NCBI GenBank assembly: GCA_965112155.1
Contig: OZ218101.1
Reading direction: 5' to 3' (one strand)
Length of the DNA: 64,000 nt
Source: Podarcis liolepis
Taxonomy: Eukaryota
Below the pieces are notes generated by a model. The model ran no database searches, had not been told where the DNA came from, and was given only the letters and a program-made list of their open reading frames with translations. Made by a program: the position numbers and the translations under genes. Shown piece by piece: positions 1 through 14,200 of the stretch (positions are counted from its first letter, which is position 1; each line of letters starts with the position of its first letter).

Positions 1-250
1 CTAGCTGAATATTAGTCCACCACTGTGATGGATAACCTCAAGCCCAGGGGTCAAATATGACCCTTCATTACTCTCTGTCTGCTCCTTGGATCTCTTTCAA
101 GGCCATAGTTCCCTCCTTAGCCACACCTACTCTCTCCAGGCCACACTGGTCCTGGTTTATACCCTTCTTGGGTGTTTTTGTCTGGTTTCTGTTCTTGAAG
201 TCTGATAATGTTTTTTGCATGTATGGATAGAAAACAGAGGTTGTATGTGC

Positions 251-284
<34 letters not shown>
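251..284. repeat. (GATA)n microsatellite
   Basis: About 8 AGAT units, seen directly. Confidence 0.95.
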
Positions 285-285
<1 letters not shown>

Positions 286-3200
286 GGGTGATGGGGGTGG
301 GGGTGAGGGGAACCAGACTAATGTACAAAGGTAAATTTCATATTCATTGCTCTGTCCACCTTTGGCTCTCAACCGATCCATCACTGGCATGTCACACACC
401 CCCTTGGAAGGTTGCTCATAAGAGAATGAGCCAGAGAATGAAACCCCTACTGCTGTTCTGATTCAATGACTAACACTGCAATCCCATACATGTCTATTAA
501 CAAGCAAGTTCCATTGAGTTCAACAGGGCTTAGTCCTTGGTGATGCATAAAGGTAGGGCTTACTTGTGGACATTTAATCCAAAATGCAAAAATCTGTGTG
601 GATGGGGGTGCTGGCCCCCCAAAGAGGGCATGGCAGGAAATCCTGGATGTATGGCAACCCTAATCACAGTTGAATGCACCCACCCACCCACATTACAATT
701 AGAACAGGCTCCATCGGTATAAGATTGTGTTTTTTCCTGGATAATCTTTTGTATGTTGCTGGTGTCTAGCCCTCATGACCAGCATGGCCAATGATAATGG
801 ATGCTGAGAGTTGTATTTACACCATCCTTGAAGGGCCTAACCTTGTTGTAAAGTTTCCAAACAACTGAACAAAATATACCAATTAAAAAAAAAATTGTAA
901 GGCATTTAAATTTTTAGATAAGGACAAAACAGGTAACTTTTGAATAATGTTTCTCCAAGTAAGCAAGAGTCAAACACAATATGCATCTTATTGAGGCACC
1001 AGTATGAAGAAGACAAAACATGGGATTTGATTAGCTCATGCAGCTATTAATATAAGGAAAACATAGTGCTAGTGAAAAGAAAAAAATCCAAATCACCAGT
1101 GACTAACCTATAAATATATTTTCTGATCTAATATTCTTAGTCCCCTAAACAACAAAACCAGTTACAACAAATAAGTTCAATAATTAGCATATGACACTCC
1201 TATTCCTTCATCTTAAACTATTATATGCCTAGCATGGCATATAACTGCTACTATTTAATATTCATAAAGCACTGAAAATAAGGAAAGCTGGGTGTGTGGC
1301 AGTCCAACAAATTATATCCTGCACCAAGTCTTTTAGAAAGAAAGGGGGAAAGTCTGTCACAGATGAATTAGTGGAAGCAAGCACTAACATTGCAATTAGA
1401 AACAAATTCTCAGATTTGTATCTGCATAAATGATTTGGGCAAGATTGCTATCTGACTGCATATCAATGAATCTTTTCCTGTTTACTATCCGATTTTTCTG
1501 CTTCCAGGCTTTCTCCGTTTTTGGCATGGTTAAGAAGGGCCTGGAAATCAGCCACATGGCTTAGCCTCAATCCAGTTAAGATTACTGTGATGTCTGTTGG
1601 CAAGGAGAAGCCTTTTGGGGAATTGGCATAGGTTATGGCTGGTGCATCAGTTAAGAGCACCAGCCCACCAACTCTCAAAGAATCTCATGATGCTGTTTCG
1701 TATAGTAGTTGTTCCTGGACCACAAGCACTTAGAAATAGCAAAGAAAGCTTATTCACATCAAGCCAAATGATTCCATATCTTTCTCTGACATTATGATTA
1801 ATAAAATAATAATGTAATGAGGGAGTGCCTTCAGCAACTCACACGAAGATTTAGTCATTGAAGTAACTTGTGTAAAAGCAATGGCCAACAGAACAGATAC
1901 AAGATGGTGACACCTGGAAGGGGAGAGCTAATTTATGTTTTACAAGGAAACAGATAATCAAAGTAGGTTTGAGATCAGGGTGCAACTCTAAGGAATGAAG
2001 GACAATGGAGATGAGCCAACCCCTTTAATGATTAGTGTTGGGATTGGTGATTTTGAACACAAGGATAGTGTCTGTAGAATGCACAGGTGGGTCTCTCCTG
2101 CCATGCATTCCCCTCCAGCTGCAGAACAAATACATGGAAGTAGAACTTAACCCGATAGTCCCATCTTCAAGTTACTGGTCCCACTTCCTATGTAATACCT
2201 TTTTTCTTCCCTGTCCCTCTTGGAAAAATATTTAACTCCTAAGGCAGCAGGAGCCCATGCATTTTCAAAGGCACCAACACATGGGTTGCTGCTGTAGTAG
2301 TGATCCATATGCACCCAGGGAGGGGGAAAGAGAAGCCTACTTCCTGCAGTAGCTGCACCTACAATAGCCAGGTATGGAGAGGCACTGGAAATGAGTGAGT
2401 TATTATGAGGTAGAATACAGCTGAAAATTCTTTTCCATCTAGATTACAAAACGAAGCAGAGAAGTATTAGCAATATAGGCTTCTAATTCTTGCATCAGAT
2501 TGGAAATTTGTACTAAAGGTTGTATTCCAAACAAGGGAATAATGAATTTTGTTGACAATTCTAATTGTTAATCACATTTTGCTGCTATTTGACCACAAAA
2601 TATAAGATAAGTATTTCCCTTTGGTGAATTATGGTGCCCACTCTGACCTCATTACGCCAGCCTTGCTGTGCACTGAAAATGCAATAATCTGTAGCATAAA
2701 ACCAACAGTATTCTTTAGATTGCATTTGTTTTATTTAACAAAATGATGGTTTGTCAAATAACCTGTTTATTTTGGTAGAATCGGATGGTGGCAATTGCCA
2801 GAAACAAACTAATTGGCCTACATGTTGAAAACATTGTTTACTCGCATAATTTATGAAATAATAGTCAGACCATTACAGAGAAACAGCAATGCTTTTTTGA
2901 CAGGAAAAGCAGAAGCAAATAAAAGGGTCTCACTCACTCATTGACATTTTGATGTTATTGTATTTGCTCACTAGAATGGAATCACCTATATGCTTAATAA
3001 TTCCTTACTCCTTTGAAAAACATTTTAACACAAGATATTGTACTGAAATTCAAAAATATATATGTACACTAAAGTGACTAACACAAAAATTGAATCTGAA
3101 AGCACAGGGGAGGAGAGCGCCACCGTTTCTAAAACCAATCCTGAAGTTTAAGCATCAAAAATGCATGTTGGCAAGGTTCTTGATCCATGTCTCAAGGGCA

Positions 3201-4033
3201 GAATTGTAATGATACTTCCACTTCTTATAACTAGAAGCGAAGTGCTAGAGGCCATATTGTCTGCCTTAATCTCCGTTTTCCCAAGCATTTCTGTGCAGCT
3301 CAGATGATTCTCAGAAAAACACAGATGGCTTCAGGGACCCAGCCACGTTCCAGAACAGCCCAGTAAAACAGTGACAGCAAAAGTGACACTATGGCGAGAA
3401 AAGGATTAAACCAGAAAACAAAATGAAAGTTCATGCAATTTAACATTTTATGCTTCAGTGTCTTCTGGTACTTACTTTGTTAACAGTCAGCTAAGAAATA
3501 AACTGCATTTTTGCTTTGCATCTTGGTAAGACCCTTTCAAGTGCTGATGGCAAGAGCCCATACATACATTAATATTCTTGTGCTCCATTATGAAGAATCT
3601 TTACGTGGAACATTGCCACATAATTTAATGCATTTTCAATTTTAAAAAATGAGCACAGAATCTCTGCCTCATACCCAGGGGTGGCATGTCTTGTTTCACT
3701 ACCTGAGTGCTGCCCTGCCGCTGCTGCTGCCACCTGCACTGCCTACTCTGCCACCGCCACCTCCTGCCCTGTGCAATCTGCTGCATCCACTGCTGGCAGA
3801 GAAGAACCACTGCCATCAACACCAACTTGGGATGAGATCAAAATAGTGCAAGATCTTATGCAATTTGAGGTGAGATCTTACCCCAAATTGGCACTGATGC
3901 TGGCTCCACTTCTCCACTAGTGACAGAGGTGGCGAGCTAGACTGGGAGCCCACAGAGGTGCCACCTTGAGGACTTCTGCAACCTGACACAGTGGCCTCTC
4001 TGTGCCTAGTGGCAAGACTGGCTCTGCTCATAC

Positions 4034-4193
4034 CAGAGGCGGAGCTAGCTGCTCTGGCACCCAGAGCAGCGCACATGCTATGCACCCGGGGGCAGGGCAA
4101 GCATCCCAGGGGACGGGACGGCAATGTCACCCCCCCCTCAGGGATGACACCTGGTGCGAACCGCATCCACCACATCCCCTTCCTCCGCGAGTG
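4034..4193. mobile_element. hAT-type MITE
   Basis: Perfect 8-bp TSD GCTCATAC (4026-4033, 4194-4201); imperfect TIRs CAGAGGCGGAG / CTCCGCGAGTG. Confidence 0.75.
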
Positions 4194-6671
4194 GCTCATA
4201 CCTCATACCATCTCTGGTCCCCACCCTGCACTAAACTCTTATCTGTGGCTGCTAGAAGCTGTCAGCATATGACAGCGGCAACACATCCATATGATATGCT
4301 AGATCACCATATGATATGCTAGAGTAATTACTAGATCAACAAAATCAGTCCTGGAGGTATTTTGGGGAGGGTATTTTTGGGAAGGGGTAAATCAGGGTTT
4401 ACAGTTTTTGTGTTATCTGGGCAAGAGTGCTTAAATAATATATATTCAATAAATAAGGCTGAGCCAAAAGCCCTACTTCCTAGATTTGCTCCCCCCCCCT
4501 TGCAGACTGCCAGAGGAATCTAGCAAGAGGGATGATGATGGTGGTGGTGGTGATGATGGTGATGATAATAATATAAATCACAGAATTCCTTTTTGTTTAG
4601 CAGAGAGCAAAAATGTGTCTGAGGCTAAGCTTTGAGAAAACATTGTTATTCTCTTGGTGAGCACCTCACCATGTGAGGCAAATATAACTCATTTTCACTG
4701 CCACAGATGGCACAGAGACAAACAGAAGAATCCTGCATAATGCAGACAATGCCAAGTTGTCTAATTTAAAAAGGGGGAAACACACACAAAGAGAGAACCT
4801 GGAAACCTTCCCAGATCATACATCTGTCTCTAAGTTGCGCTTTAGAAGAGATGGCCAAACAGCAATGACATATAGGGGATTAATGGCATATTTTTCCCAG
4901 TTCCAAATTATCTTCTCAGCTCAGTCCTGCAGTCATTTCATGCATTCCTATGCATGTCTAGTCAGAAGAAAACTCAATGAGACTTACTTTCAGGCAAGTT
5001 TTTATAGGATTACAGCCTAAACGAGCTAAAGGAAGCCAATACAAGGTTAGCTGTTTAATGTATCACACTGGGAGAAAGCAGGGGGAAAGAAATATCAAAG
5101 AATGAACCACAACAAGAGCTAGATACAGATTGCATTTTAATAAAATACACTTCTATGCACATCTAAAGTGTGGAATATAATTTGCAGTTCATTTTAACAC
5201 ATCTGATATAAAGTTCTTAGATGTGTTAAGTATTTGTTGTTCAATGGTGAAACAATATACTCTTATTATTATATTCTACACTGATTACTACCCTTGCTTG
5301 CCAAAAGCACATCAAAGTTTCATACAACAAAATGCAAACACTAAACTTCTGAAAAACCACTCCTATATTGAAACAATATAGCCCCTGCTGCTGCTATAGA
5401 ATTTTGCCTTTGAATAATGGCAATTGAATTTAAGTGTCCCTTTTTATTGTGTTTACTATCAGTATAACAATAATTAGAAGACAATAATTAAATCCACCAC
5501 CCACATTTTAATTAATAGTATTCACATTATAGGGCTACTTTAGATTCTCATCAATGCATTATCTTGTCTGCTATAGAAAATACTGTGTCACATGACATGA
5601 GTACCATGATATCATGGACCACATTTAGTACAAAGAAGCCAACATTAATAGCTCCATTCACACATCATATATACGGACAGAGCAGTTACTAGGCCAGGGC
5701 AGCAGTTCTTAATTGACCTCATGTCACCAGTGTTGCTGTAGCTTACCAGGAGGGAGAAGGGAAAGGGCAAGGTGGTTGCAAGGTCCGCATGGTGCAAGCA
5801 CACTAGCAGGATATTTGTATTCAGGCATCTGTACTTCTCATGTTTCAACTGATGCCTTTACAGCAGCCAGGTACTCCAGTCTTACTTAGACTTAGACTGG
5901 GAAGAGACTTCTATAATCCACTAAACTAGGCAGGGCTTCATGAAGAAACCTTGAGGTTTGGTGCACTTCCCAGTCTTATAATTAGAAAGCAATGGTGGCT
6001 TAAAGGCAACAATGGCCAAACTGCACTGGCCTCTGCTTTCTTCTGCCTCAATGTTTTACCTTGCAGTTGGCCCTGGGTTATCACTGGACTTCCTCAATAC
6101 CGTTCTCAAGTTCCTCATGATACATCGCCAAACTATTTGCAGTCATGATTAATCTCAATAAAGATACAGCCTTCTTTTCACCCAACTCCTTCCACCAAAA
6201 TTCACTATGATTGCAACAATCTGTGCATATTTTATAGAGTGCTTCCAAAAGAACCATTTATAATTAAATAATTACAGGTACACAGTGGCTTCTATCACAA
6301 AAGAAACTGCTATGTCTTAAGAGTGACAGCTAGACCCGAACTACTTTTCCAAACCCACTCCTTTTTTTCTTATTATTCTATCATCCCAAAAAGTAAGAAA
6401 AACAATAGCCTCTTTATTAAGGAAGATAGCTATATTAGCTTGGTTGCAATAATACAAACAGTGAGGTGCATTAATCTAGTTTTAGTCAAATGATTGTATG
6501 AATACATTATCCATAGAGAAATACCAAGACCATCCACGTATTAAGACAGATTCAATCTGAAATCAGCAAAATATTTTCCACAGAGAATATTCAAAGGTGC
6601 CACTACACAATGTAAGCCAAATACTAATGAGGCTTGTTAAGATAATGAACTACTGTAAATAAGTTACTTAC

Positions 6672-6844
6672 GTTTGTCGGTCCTGATACATCTTGTTAAC
6701 TTTTTCCCACTGGTAAGTAAGCTGTGTCAGCTTTTCCTGTATCCTTCCAGCTTCTCCAGGTGTGGCACTTTTTAAAACTGCAGTCTTCTTATTGCGAATA
6801 ACTTCAATCTGTCCTGAGTATCTCCCTAGGCTGTCTTTAATTTT
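6672..6844 (-). CDS. DMD: Dystrophin exon 43 (173 nt, ends in phase 2): KIKDSLGRYSGQIEVIRNKKTAVL...QWEKVNKMYQDRQ
   Basis: Acceptor gcattgcag|AAA, donor AAC|gtaagt; phase 0/2, as recalled for human exon 43. Confidence 0.95.
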
Positions 6845-8559
6845 CTGCAATGCCATGTTACGCAACACAAAAGATGAAAAGAGAATATCAGATACAATTG
6901 AAAAGAAGCAGCAAGCTTTTGTCTAAAATATGTAGCAGACATATAATAGTCCTAGCTTTTGATTGAACAATGAATATAGGCCTGAGATTGTATGAGAGGT
7001 GAAGCTGTGAGTAGTAATTCAAAGAAGATACTAGGGATGTAGTGTGAGGGAGTTATAGCCCTGGAGTGTGTGTGAGGGAATTAATGGACTTGGGGAGTAA
7101 AAGAAAAGCGAGGGGAGTTTTGGTGGAGAGGTTTAGTGGAAAGGTCCAATATAAGAGGCAAAGGAGAAATGGCTTGTTTAACGTTCTGTGTGAGAGTGTG
7201 TGTCAGAGAGAGAGAGAATGCATGTGTGAGGAAAGGCACCCCTTATGCATCCCGTACTCGTGTGCAACCATATTTACTCAGGTCACCGCAAAATAAATAG
7301 ATAGATTGGCCTTTTCTTGCTCCGGGCTACTGCCGGAGCAAGGGAAGGCAGCCTTTGATTGACCAATGGGGCAGGAGGCACCTTCTCCCTGCCACTATCC
7401 GTGCCCCCATCCTGGCACCAGTTCTGCTGGGTGCCCTTCTCAGCTCCCACCATCAGTGGCCGGCCACTGGCACTGCGGGCACTGGCTCTCCTCAGGCAGG
7501 CATGTATTTGCAGAGCAGAAATATGTTTAAGCTGCTTTAGATGCCATCAGTGTGTTTGCAAACTGGCTAGGAAAAGTGCACTCTGATTTCATTTTAAGAA
7601 TGAAGAAAGAAAGGCTTAGAGAAGCCCATTAGCAGATGAAGTGGCAATAGCGCTTGGGAACTGTATCAATTTCATTGCTCTTGAAAGTGAAATCAAATCA
7701 AAGGAATTTTGATGGCCATTTATTTTTGTTTTCTAAAATCTGCCTCTCTCTGACAGTTAAGAACAATATTCTCTAGTAATTTGACTTTTCAGAAATTTGT
7801 GTGCCAAGCATCCAAATCAGGTTGGAAAGTGTATTCCTTCACATTGGTTCTATGGGTTGTGGTTAATTGGGTTTTGCTCAGCTACGGGGAAGGGCTATTT
7901 TAAACTTTACCATTTAGACTTCCTTTCTAAAATTGAGTTCCTCAGTTCTTTCCTAGGCTTATTTGATAGAATCCAGATGTGCATTTCTTTTACAAAAATG
8001 CAAATATATTTTTAGAAAACAAAATATCTACAGGATGAGGCATTGTTCTGGAATGAATACCAAATCTGTAATCATATTTCAGTTTTTATATTGATATCAT
8101 AAATGAGAGAAGCACAGCTTGTACCATTCATGAATGAGAGAAAAAGATCCACTACTTAATCGCAGTCTTAAAAATGTACTAGAACTATGAATCATAATAT
8201 TTGCTACAACTTTCATAAATCCAGCACATTTAAAGAGGATTATGTATGCATTCTTGCTGGGAGAATGAAAGGTTTAGAGTGATTAATGAATATCTAGCAT
8301 AAACAGAAATGGTGAGGATTCCTAAGGAGAACTGGTGGATTTACATATATAATCTTTGGGGATAAGGACAAAAATCACAGCCAAGGCAGAGACAAAGGGT
8401 TATAATTATCTGGAATTGACATTTTAGTGGAGATTTCTATTCACCTACAAATGCTATGTGCTGTCAGAAATAATCCTTATAGAAAACAACATTTATTAAC
8501 GTATTCCTGGCCTGATTTATCAATGATTGAGTAAACCACCAGCCTAGAAATGTTCTACT

Positions 8560-8710
8560 AGAATTGAGTAGCCTAGGTTCACTATTCACTGATGAAACTT
8601 ACTGAATGATCACTTAGGCCATTCACTGTCAGAGGAACGTACCTTTTGCATGCAACTCACTATTTTTCAGTCTAACATATGTCACAGTGTTGTTATGAGG
8701 ATATAATGCA
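8560..8710 (+). mobile_element. Degenerate CORE/MIR-like SINE remnant
   Basis: B-box-like GGTTCA followed by a CORE-like segment (...ctaacatatgtcacagtgttgttatgaggat). Similar fragments occur near 21590-21720, 40295-40360 and 43310-43440. Confidence 0.4.
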
Positions 8711-8813
8711 CAGGAAAACAATGAGCAAATCATAGGAAGAGCACAATGTTAACACTACACTACAGGGGAACATGAAGACTGATGGCTGGTTCTTTCAGGA
8801 AGAAGATTCTGGA

Positions 8814-8818
<5 letters not shown>

Positions 8819-8860
<42 letters not shown>
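8819..8860. repeat. Compound (CT)n(CA)n microsatellite
   Basis: Seen directly. Confidence 0.95.
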
Positions 8861-11073
8861 GAGTGGCAGACCAAGGGGTCTCAAATTTCATCAGCAGCCT
8901 GCACAAAGCCCAAATTCAACACCCCTGTCTCTCGCCTTCCATTCTTCATCACAGTTATCCAGTGTGACCAAACCAGTCACACTCCCCTAAAGCCACCTCT
9001 GATATATACCATAGCAATATACTGTGTATATTTATATGGATGGAAAGGCTACCCCCATTATTTTTGCCCACTTGGTTTATGTTCTTACTTAACAAGCAGA
9101 ACAATCCAAAAACCCCTTACACAGTGCAGGAGATATTAGGTGGAGACGTCCCTTTGCCCATCTCTTTAGACTCAGTAAGCCTTTTGCCGGCCACCAAATG
9201 TGTGGGAAGGCAGGTAGCTTACTGGCGGTATTCATTCCAGAGGAAAGTCCCAAGTCAGGGCATTCTGAGAGCAGAGAGAGGGTGGGACTCCAGAATTTTC
9301 AGGATCCCCAGTTGGCTACATGATGACATTGGGTCTGATCAGTCTGCCTCTGTCACCTTCCACTACTGTGAACAACAGAACTGCAGATTCAGTGGTTGAT
9401 CAGCAAAATCCCATTTGCAGACAACCTAAAACTTAGTCCTCATAGGGCCATGCATTGGGTTCTATGGAAACCAGGGTCTCTAAGCTGATTCCATAACCTT
9501 GGCTGCAACTGATGGCTATTGATGAGACTATTTAACTCAGGACCAGTTTCAGTTTCCAATAAAAGGGTATTGATTAAACATGCTATCAAAAAACAGTTAA
9601 CGAAAGACTTTAAAACATACTTCTACCTACTACTGTCTTGAAATTTGATTCATGTGAATCCACATGGGGTAAAAAATCAACCACAATTTAATTTTAAACC
9701 TTCTCCAACCAGCAGCTATACAATTTATGTGCCATGTTTCTATTTTTATTCCAGGATAATGACAATGATGAATAATTTTACCAGGAAATAAATATTCATT
9801 CATTATGAAGCTCAGATCAAAACTATATCCCTTACGAAAGCATATGAATCTGTAAGATCTATTTGGCTACTGTGATAGATTTATTTCAGAGGAAGATGGA
9901 ACTGTGCCCACAACTACCATCTCTTGACATTTTAATAGTTCAGTTAAATTAAACCTACAGCAATAGTTACTTGTAACCATGTTAATCAGTATCATTAAAG
10001 TTGGTGTCAGCTACAATAATATCAAATACATGTGGAATAACAAGTGATTAGTTATGGGAATAAATCATACTAAGATGCACAAATGTGTGACATTAAAGAC
10101 TACTAATGGGGATCCATTCATCTGCTACTAATCCTTTTGCTGGGCCTTTGATTCTCTGACCAATACAGTTGACAACATGGAAAACACATAACAGTAAAGA
10201 ACCAAATAACAGTAATTTATATAGTATCTAATTTTTGCATAATCTAACCACATCAGCAAGAGTAATTGTTTTTTTAGTGAAGAATAGCAACAACAATGTC
10301 ATGATACACTTTAAAAAGTAATCTGGGCGTAAGATTCAAGAAAATATAGAACAATATATTAGGAGCAACATAAACATAAAATGGTTATGGACTGATTTAA
10401 TTAATACCAAATAACTTTGTACTGTATTGCTTATCATTTCTTTATGGATATATACACTACTGTTACACTGACATTTATATATGTTCTTTTTTATTACTAA
10501 CAAAAAAACCCTTAAAAAGTGCCTAAAGATGTTTTGCTGTCACTGCTTTACGTAGTTGTTTCTGTACATTTGCCCTCTTTCTAGTTTTCGTTTATATTTC
10601 ATTTTTTAACTCAGTGTGTATCTCATGCTGAACTAGTGAGGTTTGCTGTCCTCTTCCCGTGTGCCCCAAAATCTCCTACGGTGGTCTGCCAACCCTCCAA
10701 AGCTGATGTTAAGGGCATAGGAAAATGATGGGGACAGGAGAGTAAGTTCTGTTGCTCATATGGGAGTCCCTTGCACTAGCAGACCTGTTGCGTTATATAC
10801 TGTATTTCCTAACCCCATTTACCTGGGACTAAGCCCTTTTAATGGGGTTAACTCTCAGGTAAGTGGAGTTAGGACAGCAACCTCGTTTAGGAAATTGGTT
10901 TTTGGTGTTTTTTTTAATGCCAAGAGAGAAAATTAAAGGAAAAAACTGACCAAAGGAGAAGCAACAGAGTCTTCTGGCACCTTATGGTATAAGCTTTTGT
11001 GAACTATATCACTGTGCAATGGCACATTACCTTCAAATTATTATTCAAATTATTCAAATTGTTTGAGTCTTAC

Positions 11074-11268
11074 CATGAGGCACTCTTCTTGCCTGACAAG
11101 ATCCTCACAGTCCTTCCCCTGCAGACTGGGAGAATTAAGGAGGTCTTCCACGTCAGACAAAGCTTGTAGAAGCCGAAGGATTTCTGCCAGGTATGCAGAA
11201 GGCACATAAGAGGTTTCCACAGTCATACCTTCAGTCATCACAACAGTTGTCTCCTCACGAACTGTTTG
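11074..11268 (-). CDS. DMD: Dystrophin exon 42 (195 nt): QTVREETTVVMTEGMTVETSYVPSAYLAEIL...EDLVRQEECLM
   Basis: Acceptor tctataccag|CAA, donor ATG|gtaaga. Confidence 0.93.
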
Positions 11269-14200
11269 CTGGTATAGATATACAACAGAATTTTTCCTTT
11301 AGTTTCAAAAAATGGTTACTGCACTTAAAAAATAGTAATATATAAACAGTGTATCATTTTGTAGCACCCCACCTCAAATTATACAACCATAATAAACATG
11401 TCCTGCTAATTCATTTGATTGTGATATTTAATGCTTCATATAGTAGGGCATTTTTATCTTACTTCTCCAAAAATGTAAATCTGGCTAACTATGATGGCTA
11501 ACTATGGGACATTAATGACTATGGTTCTGAGACCATGAAAGGTGAGAGGAGTAGGTGCGTATGGGGCTTCTGCAGACTTTTCCTAGCAGCATAGTCATAT
11601 AAATCTATAAATAAAGAACATACAAGCTAGATGGGAAATCCTAACATGGAAAGCTCTCCTGAAAGTGCTACGTAGATGTGCCAAGTTTTTCAGCACAATG
11701 ATTAGTTCTAGTTCCAAAATCTGAGTTTATATTTCAAGATTTTCATCTGGAATTCAAAAATTAACTTGTGTTAACTATTAAGATTCTTTTGAATTTTTGC
11801 TAAATTTTAATTACGGACTGAATTTTACACACGACCACACATTAAAGACTGGTTCACACATCTCTCTTTACCCCATTGTTGATGTTTCAATAATTTTTCT
11901 TCAGATTTTGATAACAATACAGTGCCAGCTACAAACATCATGTCAAAGTGCAAAAAGGGAAAGGGAAATAATAAGGTGGGGGACACACGAAAAACTACAA
12001 CAGTTGGCAAGGGTAAGGTCAGCTAAGCCATGAGCTTGTGCCACTATTTCGTATAATCTTACACCGTTTCTGTTTGGTCCTTTAGGTGTGTACAGTAGAC
12101 GACAGTATAAACCAGGAAAGTAGGGAGTGATGGGGAATCATGAGAGTGCATAGTTCCAACCAGGTCTGTTGCCATTTGTTAGGCAACATAATCTGTTTTA
12201 GTAACTAGTGCCAGGATGTAGAAATTGGATTGGGTCTCTTATCATGCATTAGATGGCAGTTTTCCTATGTACCTCTTGTTATAATGCTGTAACAGTCCAT
12301 TCCCCATGAACATCAGATGCATAGTTTCTCGTAGTGAATCCTAGCACTCTCATTTTACCATTTGAGAACTGGTTGATACTTGTGTCCCTACTGACTTTGG
12401 AAACACTGGGCTAGCAGATGTGTAAGGATGCTCTACTCCACTCCCAATTATCAGCTCATATACATGACTCTCACACACATCCCACCATCACAACACAGAG
12501 AACACCACTCCATTGTACACTCCTCTGAAGTCCTTCATCTCCTGAATGTAAATCAGAAACTTCAAAGTGATTTTAGGAGCATATACAATTTATTATTATT
12601 CAAGAATCTGGGTCATCGGTAACACTAAAACTGGGTAGGGATGCTGGTTCTGCCAATGAAGTCAAATTTAGGCTGTGCAATGAGTGCAGGAGTTAGAGAC
12701 AGAAATTATTGTCTGAATTGTAAAGTAAGGTACTGGATTTAGCCAAGACCAAATTTGAATTGAGTCAGGCAACAAAATGTCTTGAGCTGGTACTGTAAGG
12801 ATGCAATGGGAAAATAATGCATGTTAAAAAGGCTGGTGAACAAAGGGCAAAAATTGCCCTATAGATAAACCATTGTCTAAGAGAACAAGCTCGACTTTAA
12901 GTTGTTGAAATAAGTACAATAGCCTTAGGGCAACTATTCTACAAAATCCCAAGGTAGACCCCACATAACTCTTTCTAGGGAAGCAAGAAGATTCAGATAG
13001 CCAAATAAGCATATGCTCGTTCCAGAAGTTGCTTAAATCATGGCATCTTAAATTGGATGAATGTGCCATGCAAGGCAGATTCCCAGTATTTTAAGCTTTG
13101 CAAATCACAGTCTGCATCAAGATGCTAACATATTGGAATAGTATTTTCAGTATAAAAGCTATATAGGGGTGCATTGTGCAAGTTTAATTACATCTTTCTG
13201 ATCAACTAAACTCTCTTCTGAATTTATTATAAAACTCAGTAAATGTGAAAGGTCCTAAATAGCAGACTTTGCACAGTGCTGAGATAAATCTCAGGGATAT
13301 TAAGTACTAATCAATATAGCCCAAAATTCATAGTTGGGCAATACCTTTATTAGGATCAACCAAAAATGTCAAGCTTACCCTGATTTAAGGACATTTTGGT
13401 TAGTCCTAGTAAAGGTATTGCCCAAGTATGGATGGTGGGGATTTTTCTTATGCACCAACACAACTACTTTTGCTTTTTACATCCAGATGGAAATATTTTC
13501 AAAATGTTACATCTGAAACTACTATAACCGAGCCACTTCGAAAAGTGAAAATATCAGTTAATATTTATTGTTTAAAATTGTACAAAGCATACTGTATTCT
13601 CTCATCATAGATTAGGAGAGATAATATAATTTCGAATATGCATAATCTTTTTGACTGCCCTCATTTAACACTAATAGCACTTGGTTTTTTAACCACTGCT
13701 GTTTTGTACATTACTAACTGCAAGCTTACATCAACATATCTTGTAAGACACAGTTCTGTCTATATCTCCTTGTTTTCCCTGTATCAAAAACTACATAGCG
13801 CCAGCTCAAAAATGGCATATAACTGAAGAAAGAAGAAGCACAAATTACTTGGGTTACTTCCTACTTTTAGACTGTATTATATAAAGTACGACTGAACAGT
13901 CTTACCTGTGAGATCTAAGAGCACCAGGTAACCATCAGAGCTCACAGGTCTCACGAGAGGGGGTATCCACATGCCCAGCTACCTGCAGAAGTGCTTCTCT
14001 TTTCCATATATGTGTAACAAAGGAACTGGCTCTGAGAAAATGCAGGACGCTATAGCATAGTATTATTATGTATATGTGATTGTATCCAATGCTATATGAG
14101 CAGCATTCCACTCACACAACAGAACTTTCCTCTCCTCTCCTCTTTTCAATCATCCTCCAATGTTCTGGAGCAGATTTTCAGGGTGTGCAGGAGACTGAAG

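Noticed and set aside
1480-1620. Possible L2 reverse-transcriptase remnant (WLSLNPVKITVMSVG, resembling KLNPDKTE)
   Set aside because: Only a short, degenerate motif; not enough to call without an alignment.
3625-4322. Cluster of overlapping 65-127 aa ORFs
   Set aside because: GC-rich repeat-like sequence that includes a MITE with a TSD; low-complexity translations with no recognisable domain.
13906-13982. 77-nt AG/GT-bounded segment with a strong CAG|GTAAG donor in intron 41
   Set aside because: The acceptor has a purine-rich tract, the segment is frame-shifting with a stop, and there is no other support.
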